This document shows, in pieces, positions 55,178 through 64,000 of a DNA stretch of 64,000 nt. Within the stretch, counting starts at the first letter, position 1, and each line of letters starts with the position of its first letter. Both the position numbers and the translations under genes were made by a program. The notes under the pieces are model-generated. The model saw only the letters and a program-made list of their open reading frames with translations. It searched no databases and was not told the DNA's origin. Source of the stretch: Alphaproteobacteria bacterium (lineage in GTDB: Bacteria; Pseudomonadota; Alphaproteobacteria; UBA828); NCBI GenBank assembly GCA_965214705.1, contig CBDCCI010000002.1, forward strand, positions 96,001 through 160,000, written 5' to 3'.

Positions 55178-55423
55178 TTAGCCGCCGCGGTCGAACATCT
55201 TCTCGATTTCGGCGGCGCCGATGCGGTCGAAGTCCTCGGGTATCGAGAATTCGCCTTCCATGAATCCGAGCCGGCGGGCGGTCTCGGCTGGCCGTGCATC
55301 CGCGGCTACCACCTTGACCAGCGGCTTGCCATTGCGTGCGATCACGAACGGCTCGCCCTCGACGGCCTCCGCCACGAGCTGCGACAGCTTCGTCTTGGCG
55401 TCTTCGATGTCGACAACACGCAT
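55178..55423 (-). CDS. Phd/YefM-family antitoxin, no adjacent toxin
   Basis: EDAKTKLSQLV..GEPFVIARNGKPLVKV..RRLGFMEG..PEDFD. Confidence 0.88.
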   Translation of the reverse strand: MRVVDIEDAKTKLSQLVAEAVEGEPFVIARNGKPLVKVVAADARPAETARRLGFMEGEFSIPEDFDRIGAAEIEKMFDRGG

Positions 55424-55428
55424 CGCAC

Positions 55429-56430
55429 CTAATCCAACCTAACCACCTCGCCGGTGGCCGCCGAGCGTTCGACCGCGAGCGTGGTCCGCACCGCCTCCAT
55501 CGACTCCCTGGGCGTGATGATGGTGGGCGGCGTGCCCTCGCGCACGCAGCGGGTGAAGTAGAGGAACTCCTCGCGGAGCGCGCCCGAGAGCCTGCCGTGC
55601 AGCTCCGGCCAGTAGGTGGTGTCGGGGCTGCGGAAGCCGTCCTTCGTGCAAATGCCGATGTTGGGGAAGGTGTCCTGGATGTGGATGAAGCCCTCCGTGC
55701 CGATGATCGACATGCGCTCGTCGATGTCGAAGGGGGTCTTCTCCGGCATGCACCAGACCGTCTCCAGCGTCGCCGTGGCGCCTGAATCGAAGCGGTACAT
55801 GGTCTGGCCGATGTCGGGGTATTTCAGGCCGCGCACATCCACGGTCTGGGCGTAGGCGCTCACCACGTGTGAGCCGGTGAACCAGAGCATCAGGTCGGTG
55901 TCGTGGATGGCATCGCCGATGATCGGCCCGATCTTGTTGAGGATCTCGGGCGTCCACGCCGCCGGGATGTTGCGCCGCGAGCTGAGCGCCACGATGCGGC
56001 CGATGTTGCCGGCCTCGATCTCCCGCTTGGCCGCCGCGTAGCGCGGGTTGAAGCGGCAGATGTGCCCCACCATGAGGAAGCCCGGCGCCGCCTCCGCCGC
56101 CGCCACGATGCGCGCGCAGTCCTCCACCGTGGACGCCATGGGCTTCTCGAGGAAGACGTGCTTGCCCGCTTCCAGCGCCGCCAGCGTGGGCCCGGTGTGC
56201 TGGTCCCACATGGTGACGACGCTGATCGCATCGAGATCGTCCCGCGCCAGCAGTGCACGGTAATCGGTCTCCAGCACGCCCACGCCGTACTTGCGGCCGA
56301 GGTCGTGGAGCCGCGCTTCGGTCCGGGTGCAGAGGCCCGCGAGCTCCAGGCCCGGCGTGGCCTGGATCGCGTCGCAGTGGACCTCGCCGAACCAGCCGAG
56401 GCCGATCACGCCGATGCGCACGCTCACCAT
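55429..56430 (-). CDS. Gfo/Idh/MocA oxidoreductase
   Basis: IGVIGLGWFG, AGKHVFLEKPMA, IHDTD. Confidence 0.92.
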   Translation of the reverse strand: MVSVRIGVIGLGWFGEVHCDAIQATPGLELAGLCTRTEARLHDLGRKYGVGVLETDYRALLARDDLDAISVVTMWDQHTGPTLAALEAGKHVFLEKPMASTVEDCARIVAAAEAAPGFLMVGHICRFNPRYAAAKREIEAGNIGRIVALSSRRNIPAAWTPEILNKIGPIIGDAIHDTDLMLWFTGSHVVSAYAQTVDVRGLKYPDIGQTMYRFDSGATATLETVWCMPEKTPFDIDERMSIIGTEGFIHIQDTFPNIGICTKDGFRSPDTTYWPELHGRLSGALREEFLYFTRCVREGTPPTIITPRESMEAVRTTLAVERSAATGEVVRLD

Positions 56431-56459
56431 GGCGGCGCCCTCCCGTCCCGCCGCGCCGC

Positions 56460-57041
56460 TCAGGCGGCCTCGTCCTTCCGCGCGGTGAAGGTGAGGCCCT
56501 TGGCCGCGAACTTCTCCTTCACCCCCGGCTTGATCGCGTCGAGCTTGACCGCGGTGGACGGCGCCATGTCGATGTCGGTCATGTCGTGCACGCCGCCTGA
56601 GATCAGCACCTGCAGGATGGCGTCGTCGTCGCTGATGTTGCGAAAGGCGCGGTTGACCTTGGGCGGTACCGAGATGGTGTCGAACTGGTCGAGCTCCACC
56701 CGCCCGCTGCCGTCGTCGTTCCAGGTCACCTCGAAGCGGCCCTTGAGCACGGTGAAGGTCTCGTAGGTCTGGTGGTGGGCGTGGAGCGAGGGGCCCTGGC
56801 CCGGTGGGCAGACCGCGAGCGTCATGGTCATACCGGCGGCGTCCACGATGGGCGCGCCGGTGTTGATCGGCGTGTCCACGTCGCCGCCGAGCCCGATGAC
56901 CGAGAGCAGCTTGCGCGCGTAGATGACGTCGTTGGCCTCCAGCGGAATCTCCGGGTCTTGCTGGATCGGCAGCGGCTTCAGCGCGCCGTAGCGTGAAATC
57001 CGGCTCTGCATCTCGTCCTGCGTGATCTCGATCGTCTTCAT
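56460..57041 (-). CDS. Cupin domain protein
   Basis: PPGQGPSLHAH..ETFTVLKG, ISVPPKVNRAFRN. Confidence 0.88.
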   Translation of the reverse strand: MKTIEITQDEMQSRISRYGALKPLPIQQDPEIPLEANDVIYARKLLSVIGLGGDVDTPINTGAPIVDAAGMTMTLAVCPPGQGPSLHAHHQTYETFTVLKGRFEVTWNDDGSGRVELDQFDTISVPPKVNRAFRNISDDDAILQVLISGGVHDMTDIDMAPSTAVKLDAIKPGVKEKFAAKGLTFTARKDEAA

Positions 57042-57469
57042 CGCATCCTCCCTGGCGCGCCCCGCGGCGCCGCGCCCGGAATGGTAGAGCGATCGGCGCC
57101 GGAATGGAATCGCCCGTGCATCCGCCTACGTCCGGCGGGACGCGGGCGGGACATGAACAAGAATTTTGTCCGGGATACGCCGGGATTCGATGGGATAATT
57201 GGGACAAAGGGGATTCCACGGGGCAGGTAGCCCTCGGGGCCGTATCGCCCCGCCGCCGCGGCCCATCCTTTCTCCATCCCGCAGCGGCCCGGCCGCTCGT
57301 GCGCTGTCGGTTCCCGTCTTGCATAACGCTAGGATGGCACCCGCGCCGCGCGCCGTGCACCGCACCATGGTGGGGGGTTGGCGGTCGACGCCGGCGAAGG
57401 GAATGACGATTCAGGGTGACGAAACGTTCCTCGTGGTGTAAAGTGCCCCGTGACAGGTGACATCAGCGC

Positions 57470-57748
57470 ATGGTTCTTCATTTCCGTCATGCGGGTCTCA
57501 GGCGCCTGTTCGAGAGGGGTGATGTTCGACGTGTCTCCCCCCAATTGGTGCCCAAGATCGAACGAGTCCTGGCCCGTCTCGACGAAGCGTCGGAACCTGG
57601 CGACATGAACCTGCCGGGTTTTCGGCTGCATCTCTTGAGGGGCGATCTGGCCGATCATTGGGCCGTCAGCGTGTCGGGCAACTGGCGCATCGTCTTCCGC
57701 TTTGAAGGCCGCCACGTCACCGATGTCGATCTGGTCGACTACCACTAG
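57470..57748 (+). CDS. higB: HigB/RelE-family toxin
   Basis: FRHAGLRRLF, PGFRLHLLRG, VSGNWRIVFRF, DLVDYH. Confidence 0.92.
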   Translation: MVLHFRHAGLRRLFERGDVRRVSPQLVPKIERVLARLDEASEPGDMNLPGFRLHLLRGDLADHWAVSVSGNWRIVFRFEGRHVTDVDLVDYH

Positions 57749-57766
57749 CAACAGGAGGACTGCGGC

Positions 57767-58057
57767 ATGCCAATGAAGAACCCGCCCCATCCGGGTCTCT
57801 CGGTTCGCCATGACTGCCTCGAGCCGCTGGGTCTCAGCGTGACGGAGGCAGCGCGCAAGCTGGGTGTCAGCCGCAAGCAACTCTCGGACATCGTGAACTG
57901 CCGCGCCGGCATTTCGCCCGAGATGGCAATTCGCCTCGACAAGGCGTTCGGTGGCGGCGCCGACACGTGGTACCGGCTCCAGTCGACCTGGGAGTTGGCC
58001 CAGGCATTGAAGAAGGCGGATCAGATCAAGGTCGAGCGTCTCTCGCCCGCCGCGTGA
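57767..58057 (+). CDS. higA: HigA antitoxin
   Basis: [29 protein letters not shown]. Confidence 0.93.
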   Translation: MPMKNPPHPGLSVRHDCLEPLGLSVTEAARKLGVSRKQLSDIVNCRAGISPEMAIRLDKAFGGGADTWYRLQSTWELAQALKKADQIKVERLSPAA

Positions 58058-58145
58058 GGCTACACGCCTTTCGACGCATCGTGCGCAGCGGCACTTGCGA
58101 TATGATCGGGCGCCGACGGCACGACTTCCTCGGAGAACTCCGGCC

Positions 58146-59366
58146 TTGACCAGCACCCCGTCCACGACCGGCGAAACAGGCACGCCCGCGCCGGTCGATC
58201 TTCCCTTCTCGCGTGACGAGTACGCGGCGCGGATCGCGAAGACCCGCCGCGCGATAGACGAGAGGGGTCTCGACCTGCTCGTCGTCTCCGACCCCTCGAA
58301 CATGGCGTGGCTCACCGGCTACGACGGCTGGTCCTTCTACGTGCACCAGTGCGTGCTGCTCGCGCTCGAAGGCGATCCGGTGTGGTTCGGGCGCGGCATG
58401 GATGCCAACGGGGCGAAGCGCACTGTGTTCATGGGGCACGACGATATCGTCGCCTACGGGGACCACTACGTGATGTCCACCGAGCGCCACCCGATGGACT
58501 ACCTGAGCGAGGTCATCGTGGGGCGCGGCTGGGGCGAAGCGCGGATCGGCGTCGAGATGGACAATTACTACTTCAGCGCGGCCGCCTACCGATCGCTGGA
58601 ATCCCACCTCCGCGATGCGACGCTGCTCGACGCGACGGGCCTCGTGAACTGGCAGCGGATCGTGAAGTCCGACGCCGAGATCGCCTTCATGCGGAGCGCG
58701 GCGCGGATCGTGGAGAAGATGCACGCGCGCATCCTGGAGGTGATCAAGCCCGGCATGCGCAAGAACGACCTGGTGGCGGAGATCTACCACGCGGCCATCA
58801 CCGGGGTGGAGGGCGCGGGCGGCGACTACCCCGCGATCGTGCCGATGCTGCCCACCGGCATCGACGCGTCCGCGGCGCACCTCACCTGGGACGACAAGCC
58901 GATGCGGGTAGGCGAGGCGACGTTCTTCGAGATCGCCGGCGTCTACAGGCGCTACCACTGCCCGCTCTGCCGCACGGTGTTCCTGGGCAAGCCGTCGGCG
59001 CGCGAGCGCAACGCGGAAGGTGCGCTGCTGGAGGCCATCGAGGCGGGGCTCGAAGCTGCGAAGCCGGGGAACCTGTGCGAGGACATCCACCGCGCCTTCA
59101 CGGCCTCGCTCGCACGCCACGGCCTGACCAAGGAGAGCCGCTGCGGCTACTCCATCGGGCTGAGCTATCCGCCCGACTGGGGCGAGCGCACCATCAGCCT
59201 GCGCCCCGGCGACCGCACTGAGCTTAAGCCCAACATGACCATCCACTTCATGCCGGCACTCTGGTTCGAGGACTGGGGCCTCGAGATCACCGAGAGCATC
59301 CGCATCACCGAGACCGGCTGCGAGACTCTTGCCAGCTGGCCCCGCGAATTACAGGTGAAGGCCTGA
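58146..59366 (+). CDS. doeA: M24-family hydrolase, ectoine hydrolase DoeA/EutD-like
   Basis: DPSNMAWLTGYDGWSFYVHQ, GGDYPAIVP, YHCPL, IGLSYPPDWGERT. Confidence 0.85.
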   Translation: MTSTPSTTGETGTPAPVDLPFSRDEYAARIAKTRRAIDERGLDLLVVSDPSNMAWLTGYDGWSFYVHQCVLLALEGDPVWFGRGMDANGAKRTVFMGHDDIVAYGDHYVMSTERHPMDYLSEVIVGRGWGEARIGVEMDNYYFSAAAYRSLESHLRDATLLDATGLVNWQRIVKSDAEIAFMRSAARIVEKMHARILEVIKPGMRKNDLVAEIYHAAITGVEGAGGDYPAIVPMLPTGIDASAAHLTWDDKPMRVGEATFFEIAGVYRRYHCPLCRTVFLGKPSARERNAEGALLEAIEAGLEAAKPGNLCEDIHRAFTASLARHGLTKESRCGYSIGLSYPPDWGERTISLRPGDRTELKPNMTIHFMPALWFEDWGLEITESIRITETGCETLASWPRELQVKA

Positions 59367-59410
59367 ACCGCGCCGCACCCGCATCACGGTCCGAGGCGTC
59401 TAGCGGACCG

Positions 59411-59854
59411 CTACCTTGCGGCTTCGCCCACGAAGGGGCTTCGGACCGTCACCGTGCCGTACATGCGGCCATGCTGAAAATCCTCGGAGATCAACTCCTC
59501 GATCCCGTGAACTTCTGCATAGGCCCAGAGATGCGCATCGTACCACGAGAGGCCATATGCCGCCGCGCCGCGAAGTGCGGTTCGTAGCACTGCGTCGTCG
59601 GGATAGATGATCGGGAACTGCGCCATGATCTCCTCTGCCTCGCGGCGCGCGTCGGCGGGATCGAGCAGGCGGGCTTCTGGACCGCCTCGGGTGGTTGCCG
59701 CGACGAATTCGACGATTACCTGATGGGGGATGCGCACGTTCCCACTGACGATGCCCTCGCGGAGAACGTCGGACGCAATCGACTGCTTCTCTGGGAACCG
59801 CTCGTCATAGCGGTAGATCACGATGTTTGTGTCAATCAGGGCGCGTGCGGCCAC
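59411..59854 (-). CDS. PIN-domain (VapC-like) toxin
   Basis: LIDTNIVIY, QVIVEF, LSWYDAHLWA, LISEDFQHG. Confidence 0.88.
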   Translation of the reverse strand: MAARALIDTNIVIYRYDERFPEKQSIASDVLREGIVSGNVRIPHQVIVEFVAATTRGGPEARLLDPADARREAEEIMAQFPIIYPDDAVLRTALRGAAAYGLSWYDAHLWAYAEVHGIEELISEDFQHGRMYGTVTVRSPFVGEAAR

Positions 59855-60128
59855 GCTCGTAGAGCTCCTCTCTGGTCCAGCCGCGCGAGCTTGCCGTGCG
59901 CAATGAGCGGCCCGCTTCGCGTGTCCGCTGCCGGGCGGTGGCCGCGTCAAAGAGCCGAAGGCGCGCCTCGGTATTGAGCACCTCGGCAGGTTTGGCGGCA
60001 GCGTCGGGGACCACGCGCATGACCTCGCCGGCCTCCTCGAAACGGATGTCGTCGCCGGGGCGAATTCCGTAACGCTCTGCGAGCGCCTTGGGAACCGTAA
60101 CCTGGAGCTTGCTTGTGACCTTGCTCAT
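59832..60128 (-). CDS. AbrB/MazE-type antitoxin
   Basis: KVTSKLQVTVPKALAERYGIRPGD, WTREELYER. Confidence 0.88.
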   Translation of the reverse strand: MSKVTSKLQVTVPKALAERYGIRPGDDIRFEEAGEVMRVVPDAAAKPAEVLNTEARLRLFDAATARQRTREAGRSLRTASSRGWTREELYERGRTRPD

Positions 60129-60129
60129 G

Positions 60130-60147
60130 TCCTTACTCTAGTAAGGA
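60130..60147. promoter_or_regulatory. Palindromic operator of AbrB-PIN operon
   Basis: TCCTTAC-TCTA-GTAAGGA immediately upstream of the start codon. Confidence 0.6.
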
Positions 60148-60196
60148 TAGTGTCCTTGTCAAGGCCGCTTCAGAGGCGCTGAACGCCGCCCGCCCC

Positions 60197-61750
60197 TCAA
60201 ATCTTCCTCTCGTGCCCCGCCCAGAAGCGCTCGCGGACCTTGCGTTTCAATACTTTACCCACGCTGCTGCGGGGCAGCTCGTCCCAGAACTCCACCGTCT
60301 TCGGCGCCTTGTAGGCCGAGAGCTCCCGCTTGCAGAGCGCGATCAGGTCGTCGCCGCTCACCCGCTCGCCCTGCTTCAGCTCGACGACCGCCTTCACCGC
60401 CTCGCCCCACTTCTCGTCGGGCACGCCGATCACGGCGCAGTCCTGCACCGCTGGGTGGCTCCAGATCACGCGCTCGATCTCGATCGGGAAGACGTTGAGC
60501 CCGCCCGAGATGATCATGTCCTTCTTGCGGTCGACGATGTAGACGAAGCCGTCCTCGTCCTTGTAGCCAATGTCGCCGGTGTGGTGCCAACCGTGTGCCT
60601 GGATTTCCGCCGTGGCCTCCGGGTCGGCGAAGTAGCCGAGGGAGACGAAGGTGCCGCGCACCACGATCTCGCCCCATTCGCCGGTCGGCATCAGGTTGCC
60701 CGCGTCGTCCATCATCTCGACCTCGACGAAGACCGGCGGCCGGCCGCAGCTCACGAGGCGGTGCTGCTTGGCGGGGTCGGCGAGCGCCTCCAGGTGGTCG
60801 GCCGGCGTCAGGATGCCGATGGTGCAGGGGCACTCGGCTTGGCCGTAGATCTGGGTCATGCAGGGGCCGAAGAGGTCGATGGCTTCCGCCACCTTGTCCG
60901 CCGACATCGGCGCGCCGCCATAGACGAAGTAGTCGAGCGTCGAATAGTCGAACTCCCGCGCCCTGGGGTGCGCCAGCATCATGTAGATCATCGTCGGCGG
61001 CATGAAGGTGTGGGTCACGCCGTGGCGGTCGATCGCCTCCAGCACCGTGAGCGGATCGGGCTTCTGGATGCAGACCGTGGTGCCGCCGAAGGCCATGGCC
61101 GGCCAGGCGAAGACGCCTGCGCCATGCGCCATTGAGGTCGCCACCAGGTGCACCGGCGGCTTCTTGATGGGCAGGTGCGCGTAGACGTTGGCGCACCAGG
61201 CCTCCCAGATCAGGTTCGACCACATCGCCCCCTTGGGGAGGCCCGTGGTGCCGCCCGAGGTGAAGTGGCTGATCACCGCGTCCCGCTCGTCCGGCAGCTC
61301 CGGCGCCACGTCGCCGTGGCCTGCGATGAACTGGTCGAAGGAGGGCGCGTCCACCCCTGCGCGGTCGAGGCAGACGAGGTGCCGGAGCTTCGGGCACTGG
61401 GCGCGGATCTGCGCGATCACCGGCTCGAAGCTCGAGTGGTAGAAGAGCCGCGCGGCCTCGCGCTGGTCGATGACGTAGGCGTTCTCGTCGGCAGACGCGA
61501 GCGCCGCGAGCCCGACCCAGACGCCGCCGGCCCGCGCGGCGCCGATCCAGGCCTCGAAGGCGCGGCTTGCGTTGGGGCTCAGGATCGCCACACGGTCGCC
61601 CCGCTCCAGCCCGCCCGCGAGCAGCGCGTTCGCCGTGCGGTGGCTGCGCTCGGCCACCTCGCGGTAGCTGAGCTCGCCGGTCCCGTCGATGAGGCAGGCG
61701 CGGTCCGGATAGTAGCGATGCCCACGCTCGAAGTAGTCGATCAGCCTCAT
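60197..61750 (-). CDS. AMP-dependent acyl-CoA synthetase/ligase
   Basis: TSGGTTGLPKG, IYGQAE, HTGDIG, DRKKDMIISGG. Confidence 0.93.
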   Translation of the reverse strand: MRLIDYFERGHRYYPDRACLIDGTGELSYREVAERSHRTANALLAGGLERGDRVAILSPNASRAFEAWIGAARAGGVWVGLAALASADENAYVIDQREAARLFYHSSFEPVIAQIRAQCPKLRHLVCLDRAGVDAPSFDQFIAGHGDVAPELPDERDAVISHFTSGGTTGLPKGAMWSNLIWEAWCANVYAHLPIKKPPVHLVATSMAHGAGVFAWPAMAFGGTTVCIQKPDPLTVLEAIDRHGVTHTFMPPTMIYMMLAHPRAREFDYSTLDYFVYGGAPMSADKVAEAIDLFGPCMTQIYGQAECPCTIGILTPADHLEALADPAKQHRLVSCGRPPVFVEVEMMDDAGNLMPTGEWGEIVVRGTFVSLGYFADPEATAEIQAHGWHHTGDIGYKDEDGFVYIVDRKKDMIISGGLNVFPIEIERVIWSHPAVQDCAVIGVPDEKWGEAVKAVVELKQGERVSGDDLIALCKRELSAYKAPKTVEFWDELPRSSVGKVLKRKVRERFWAGHERKI

Positions 61751-61893
61751 GCGGCTCCTCCCGGCTCGCCCCTCGAATGCCCAATTTCACGCGGCGCGCG
61801 CCGCCACGCTCTACGCGGAATTGACTCGGATTTCAAACAAGTGTTTGCTCGGTAGCACTCGGCCCGCGCCGGCCGCCGCAATCGGAGAGACCC

Positions 61894-63111
61894 ATGCTTT
61901 CGCTGCCCAAGCAGGAGCTCAAGGGGCACTTCACCATGCTGCCGATGGATGAGGTCCACTTCGGCCCCGGCAGCCTCGAGAACCTTTCCGCCGAGCTCGA
62001 GAAGCAGGGTGTGAACCGGGCCGTCATCGTCACCGGCAACACCCTAGCCAAGAACACGAATCTGGTGGATAAGGTGGCCGCCGCCGCCGGTAACAAGTGC
62101 GCCGGCGTCTTTCACGAGACCTCGCAGCACGTGCCGCGCCGCACCGTCATCGCCGCCGCCGAGTATGCGCGCGAGCACGACGCGGACGCGCTGATCAGCT
62201 TCGGCGGCGGCACGCCCAACGATACCGCCAAGGCGACCCTGATCTGCCTCGCCGAGGGGATCACCGAGCCCGCAGGGCTCGATGCCTACATGATCAAGTT
62301 CACCTACCCGGACAAGGTGGAGATCCCCTCGCTCACCAACGACCCGATCCCCATGTTCGCCATCCCGACCACGCTGTCCGCCGGCGAGTTCACCTATTTC
62401 GTGGGCGTCACCGACGAGGAGCGCAAGGTCAAGGACCTCTACGTCGACCGGCGGATCACGGCGAAGGCGGTCATCCTCGACCCCGAACTCACCATGGAGA
62501 CACCGGAGCGGCTCTGGCTCGGCACCGGCATGCGCGCGGTCGATCACTGCATCGAGGCGATGTGCTCCAGCACCAGCCAGCCCTTCATCGACGCGCTGGC
62601 CTACCGCGCGCTCAACATGCTGGTGCGCTACCTGCGCGAGACCAGGGCAGACCCCGGCGATGCAGCGGCGCGCGGGCAATGCATGGTGGCGGCCTGGATG
62701 TCGGTCTGCGGCCTCGCCAACGTGACGCTGGGCCTGAGCCACGGCATCGGCCATCAGCTGGGCGCCCGCTGCAACGTGCCTCACGGCGAGACCTCGGCGG
62801 TGATGATGCCGCACGTCATGGCCTTCAACCGTGCAGTCACCACGACCCGCCAAGCCTGGGCGGCGGAGGCGATGGGCGTGGACATCGCCGGCATGAGCGA
62901 GGAGGACGCCGCCACCGCCGCGGCCGACGAGGTGGCGAAGCTGGTGCGGGAGGACATGGGCCTGCCCTGGCGGCTCAGGGACGTGGGCGTCACTCACGAG
63001 GACTTCCCCGGCATCGCGACGGACGCGCTGGAGGACATCATCGTCGCCGGCAATCCGCGCCAGGTGACGTCCGAGGACGAGGTCATCGACCTCTTGCACA
63101 AGGCCTGGTAG
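61894..63111 (+). CDS. Iron-containing alcohol dehydrogenase family protein
   Basis: FGGGTPND, IPTTLSAGEF, DHCIE, GLSHGIGH, VPHG. Confidence 0.9.
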   Translation: MLSLPKQELKGHFTMLPMDEVHFGPGSLENLSAELEKQGVNRAVIVTGNTLAKNTNLVDKVAAAAGNKCAGVFHETSQHVPRRTVIAAAEYAREHDADALISFGGGTPNDTAKATLICLAEGITEPAGLDAYMIKFTYPDKVEIPSLTNDPIPMFAIPTTLSAGEFTYFVGVTDEERKVKDLYVDRRITAKAVILDPELTMETPERLWLGTGMRAVDHCIEAMCSSTSQPFIDALAYRALNMLVRYLRETRADPGDAAARGQCMVAAWMSVCGLANVTLGLSHGIGHQLGARCNVPHGETSAVMMPHVMAFNRAVTTTRQAWAAEAMGVDIAGMSEEDAATAAADEVAKLVREDMGLPWRLRDVGVTHEDFPGIATDALEDIIVAGNPRQVTSEDEVIDLLHKAW

Positions 63112-63133
63112 CGCAGGCTTACGGGAGACAGCC

Positions 63134-64000
63134 ATGGGCTATCGCATTGCCGTCGATACCGGCGGCACGTTCACCGATGTCGTGGTCGCCGACGAGGCGG
63201 GCCGGCTCACCGTCGGCAAGGCGCTGACCACGGTGGAGCGCACCTTCGAGGGCTTCAGCGGCGCGCTCGCCAACGCCGGCGACATCGCCGGCGTTCCCTA
63301 CGAGCGCCTGCTGGCCGAGACAGAGATGCTGATCTACGGCACCACGCGCTCCACCAACTCGATCATCGAGAGCAAGGTCGCGAAGACGGCGCTGCTCACC
63401 ACAGAGGGCTTTCCGGACACGCTGCTCTACCGCCACGGCGGCAAGCGCGAGCCGCTCAACCTCGCGATGGAGTTCCCGCCGCCCTACATCCCGCGCCGGC
63501 TCACCTTCGAGATCCCGGAGCGGATCAACGCCGAGGGCGGCGTCGAGCGCGCGTTGGACGAAGCCGCAGCGCGGGCGATTATCGAGAGCTTGCCGCGCAA
63601 GCGGATCGATGCGGTCGCGGTCGCGCTGCTCTGGTCGATCGTCAATCCCGACCACGAGCTGCGCATCGGCGCGCTGATCGCCGAGATCATGCCGGGCGTG
63701 CCCTACACCCTCTCGCACCAGCTCAACCCGATCATCCGCGAGTTCCCGCGCACGTCTTCCACCGCCATCGACGCCTCGCTCAAGCCCCTGATGCAGAGCC
63801 ATCTGGCCGAGTTCGAGAGCGACCTGCGCGCCGCCGGCTGCGAGGGCGAGGTGCTGATCAGCACGTCCTCCGGCGGCGTCATGCACGTGGATGACGTGGT
63901 GGCGAAGCCGATCTACACCGTGAAGTCGGGCCCAGCGATGGGCCCGCTCGCGGGCATCGCCTACGCCGGCGCCGAGGACCAGGGCGACGACGTCATCATC
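63134..64000 (+). CDS. Second hydantoinase/oxoprolinase subunit A (runs off window)
   Basis: MGYRIAVDTGGTFTDV..GKALTT..YGTTRSTN..SGPAMGP; absent from ORF track because it has no stop in window. Confidence 0.9.
   Translation, partial: MGYRIAVDTGGTFTDVVVADEAGRLTVGKALTTVERTFEGFSGALANAGDIAGVPYERLLAETEMLIYGTTRSTNSIIESKVAKTALLTTEGFPDTLLYRHGGKREPLNLAMEFPPPYIPRRLTFEIPERINAEGGVERALDEAAARAIIESLPRKRIDAVAVALLWSIVNPDHELRIGALIAEIMPGVPYTLSHQLNPIIREFPRTSSTAIDASLKPLMQSHLAEFESDLRAAGCEGEVLISTSSGGVMHVDDVVAKPIYTVKSGPAMGPLAGIAYAGAEDQGDDVII

Noticed and set aside
52240-55299. Long antisense ORFs (e.g. 1019 aa here, 711 aa opposite mutS, 728 aa opposite hydantoinase A)
   Set aside because: Shadow frames of high-GC coding strands with no recognisable motifs.

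Overview
High-GC, alphaproteobacterial-looking DNA in two halves. Bases 1-~36.5 kb are a decayed mobile island. It contains the 3' end of a group II intron, nested IS21/IS66/IS630 elements, a pseudogenised OmpR/sensor-kinase pair and a cluster of decaying secreted cysteine-protease genes (papain-like and two caspase-like paralogs). It also holds IS1595 and IS5 copies, transposon debris and a tandem pair of tyrosine integrases at the right border. Three ~4.3-kb cargo-carrying IS elements have terminal inverted repeats (IRs) and target-site duplications (TSDs) readable in the sequence: an IS21 with Zn-finger and degenerate TOPRIM passengers (9887-14169); an IS1595 with a HicA/DUF1902 toxin-antitoxin (TA) pair, a metzincin surface lipoprotein, small ORFs and an XRE regulator (23908-28299); and a Mutator-like DDE element enclosing a tyrosine recombinase plus IS91-type Y2 transposase (30113-34466). 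Bases ~36.7-64 kb are core-like: phoR-pstCAB-phoU-phoB (no pstS), mutS, and a catabolic cluster (molybdo-hydroxylase, hydantoinase/oxoprolinases, LLM oxidoreductase, DoeA-like hydrolase, acyl-CoA ligase, Fe-ADH) with three interspersed TA loci. All calls come from manual motif reading; no database searches were run.
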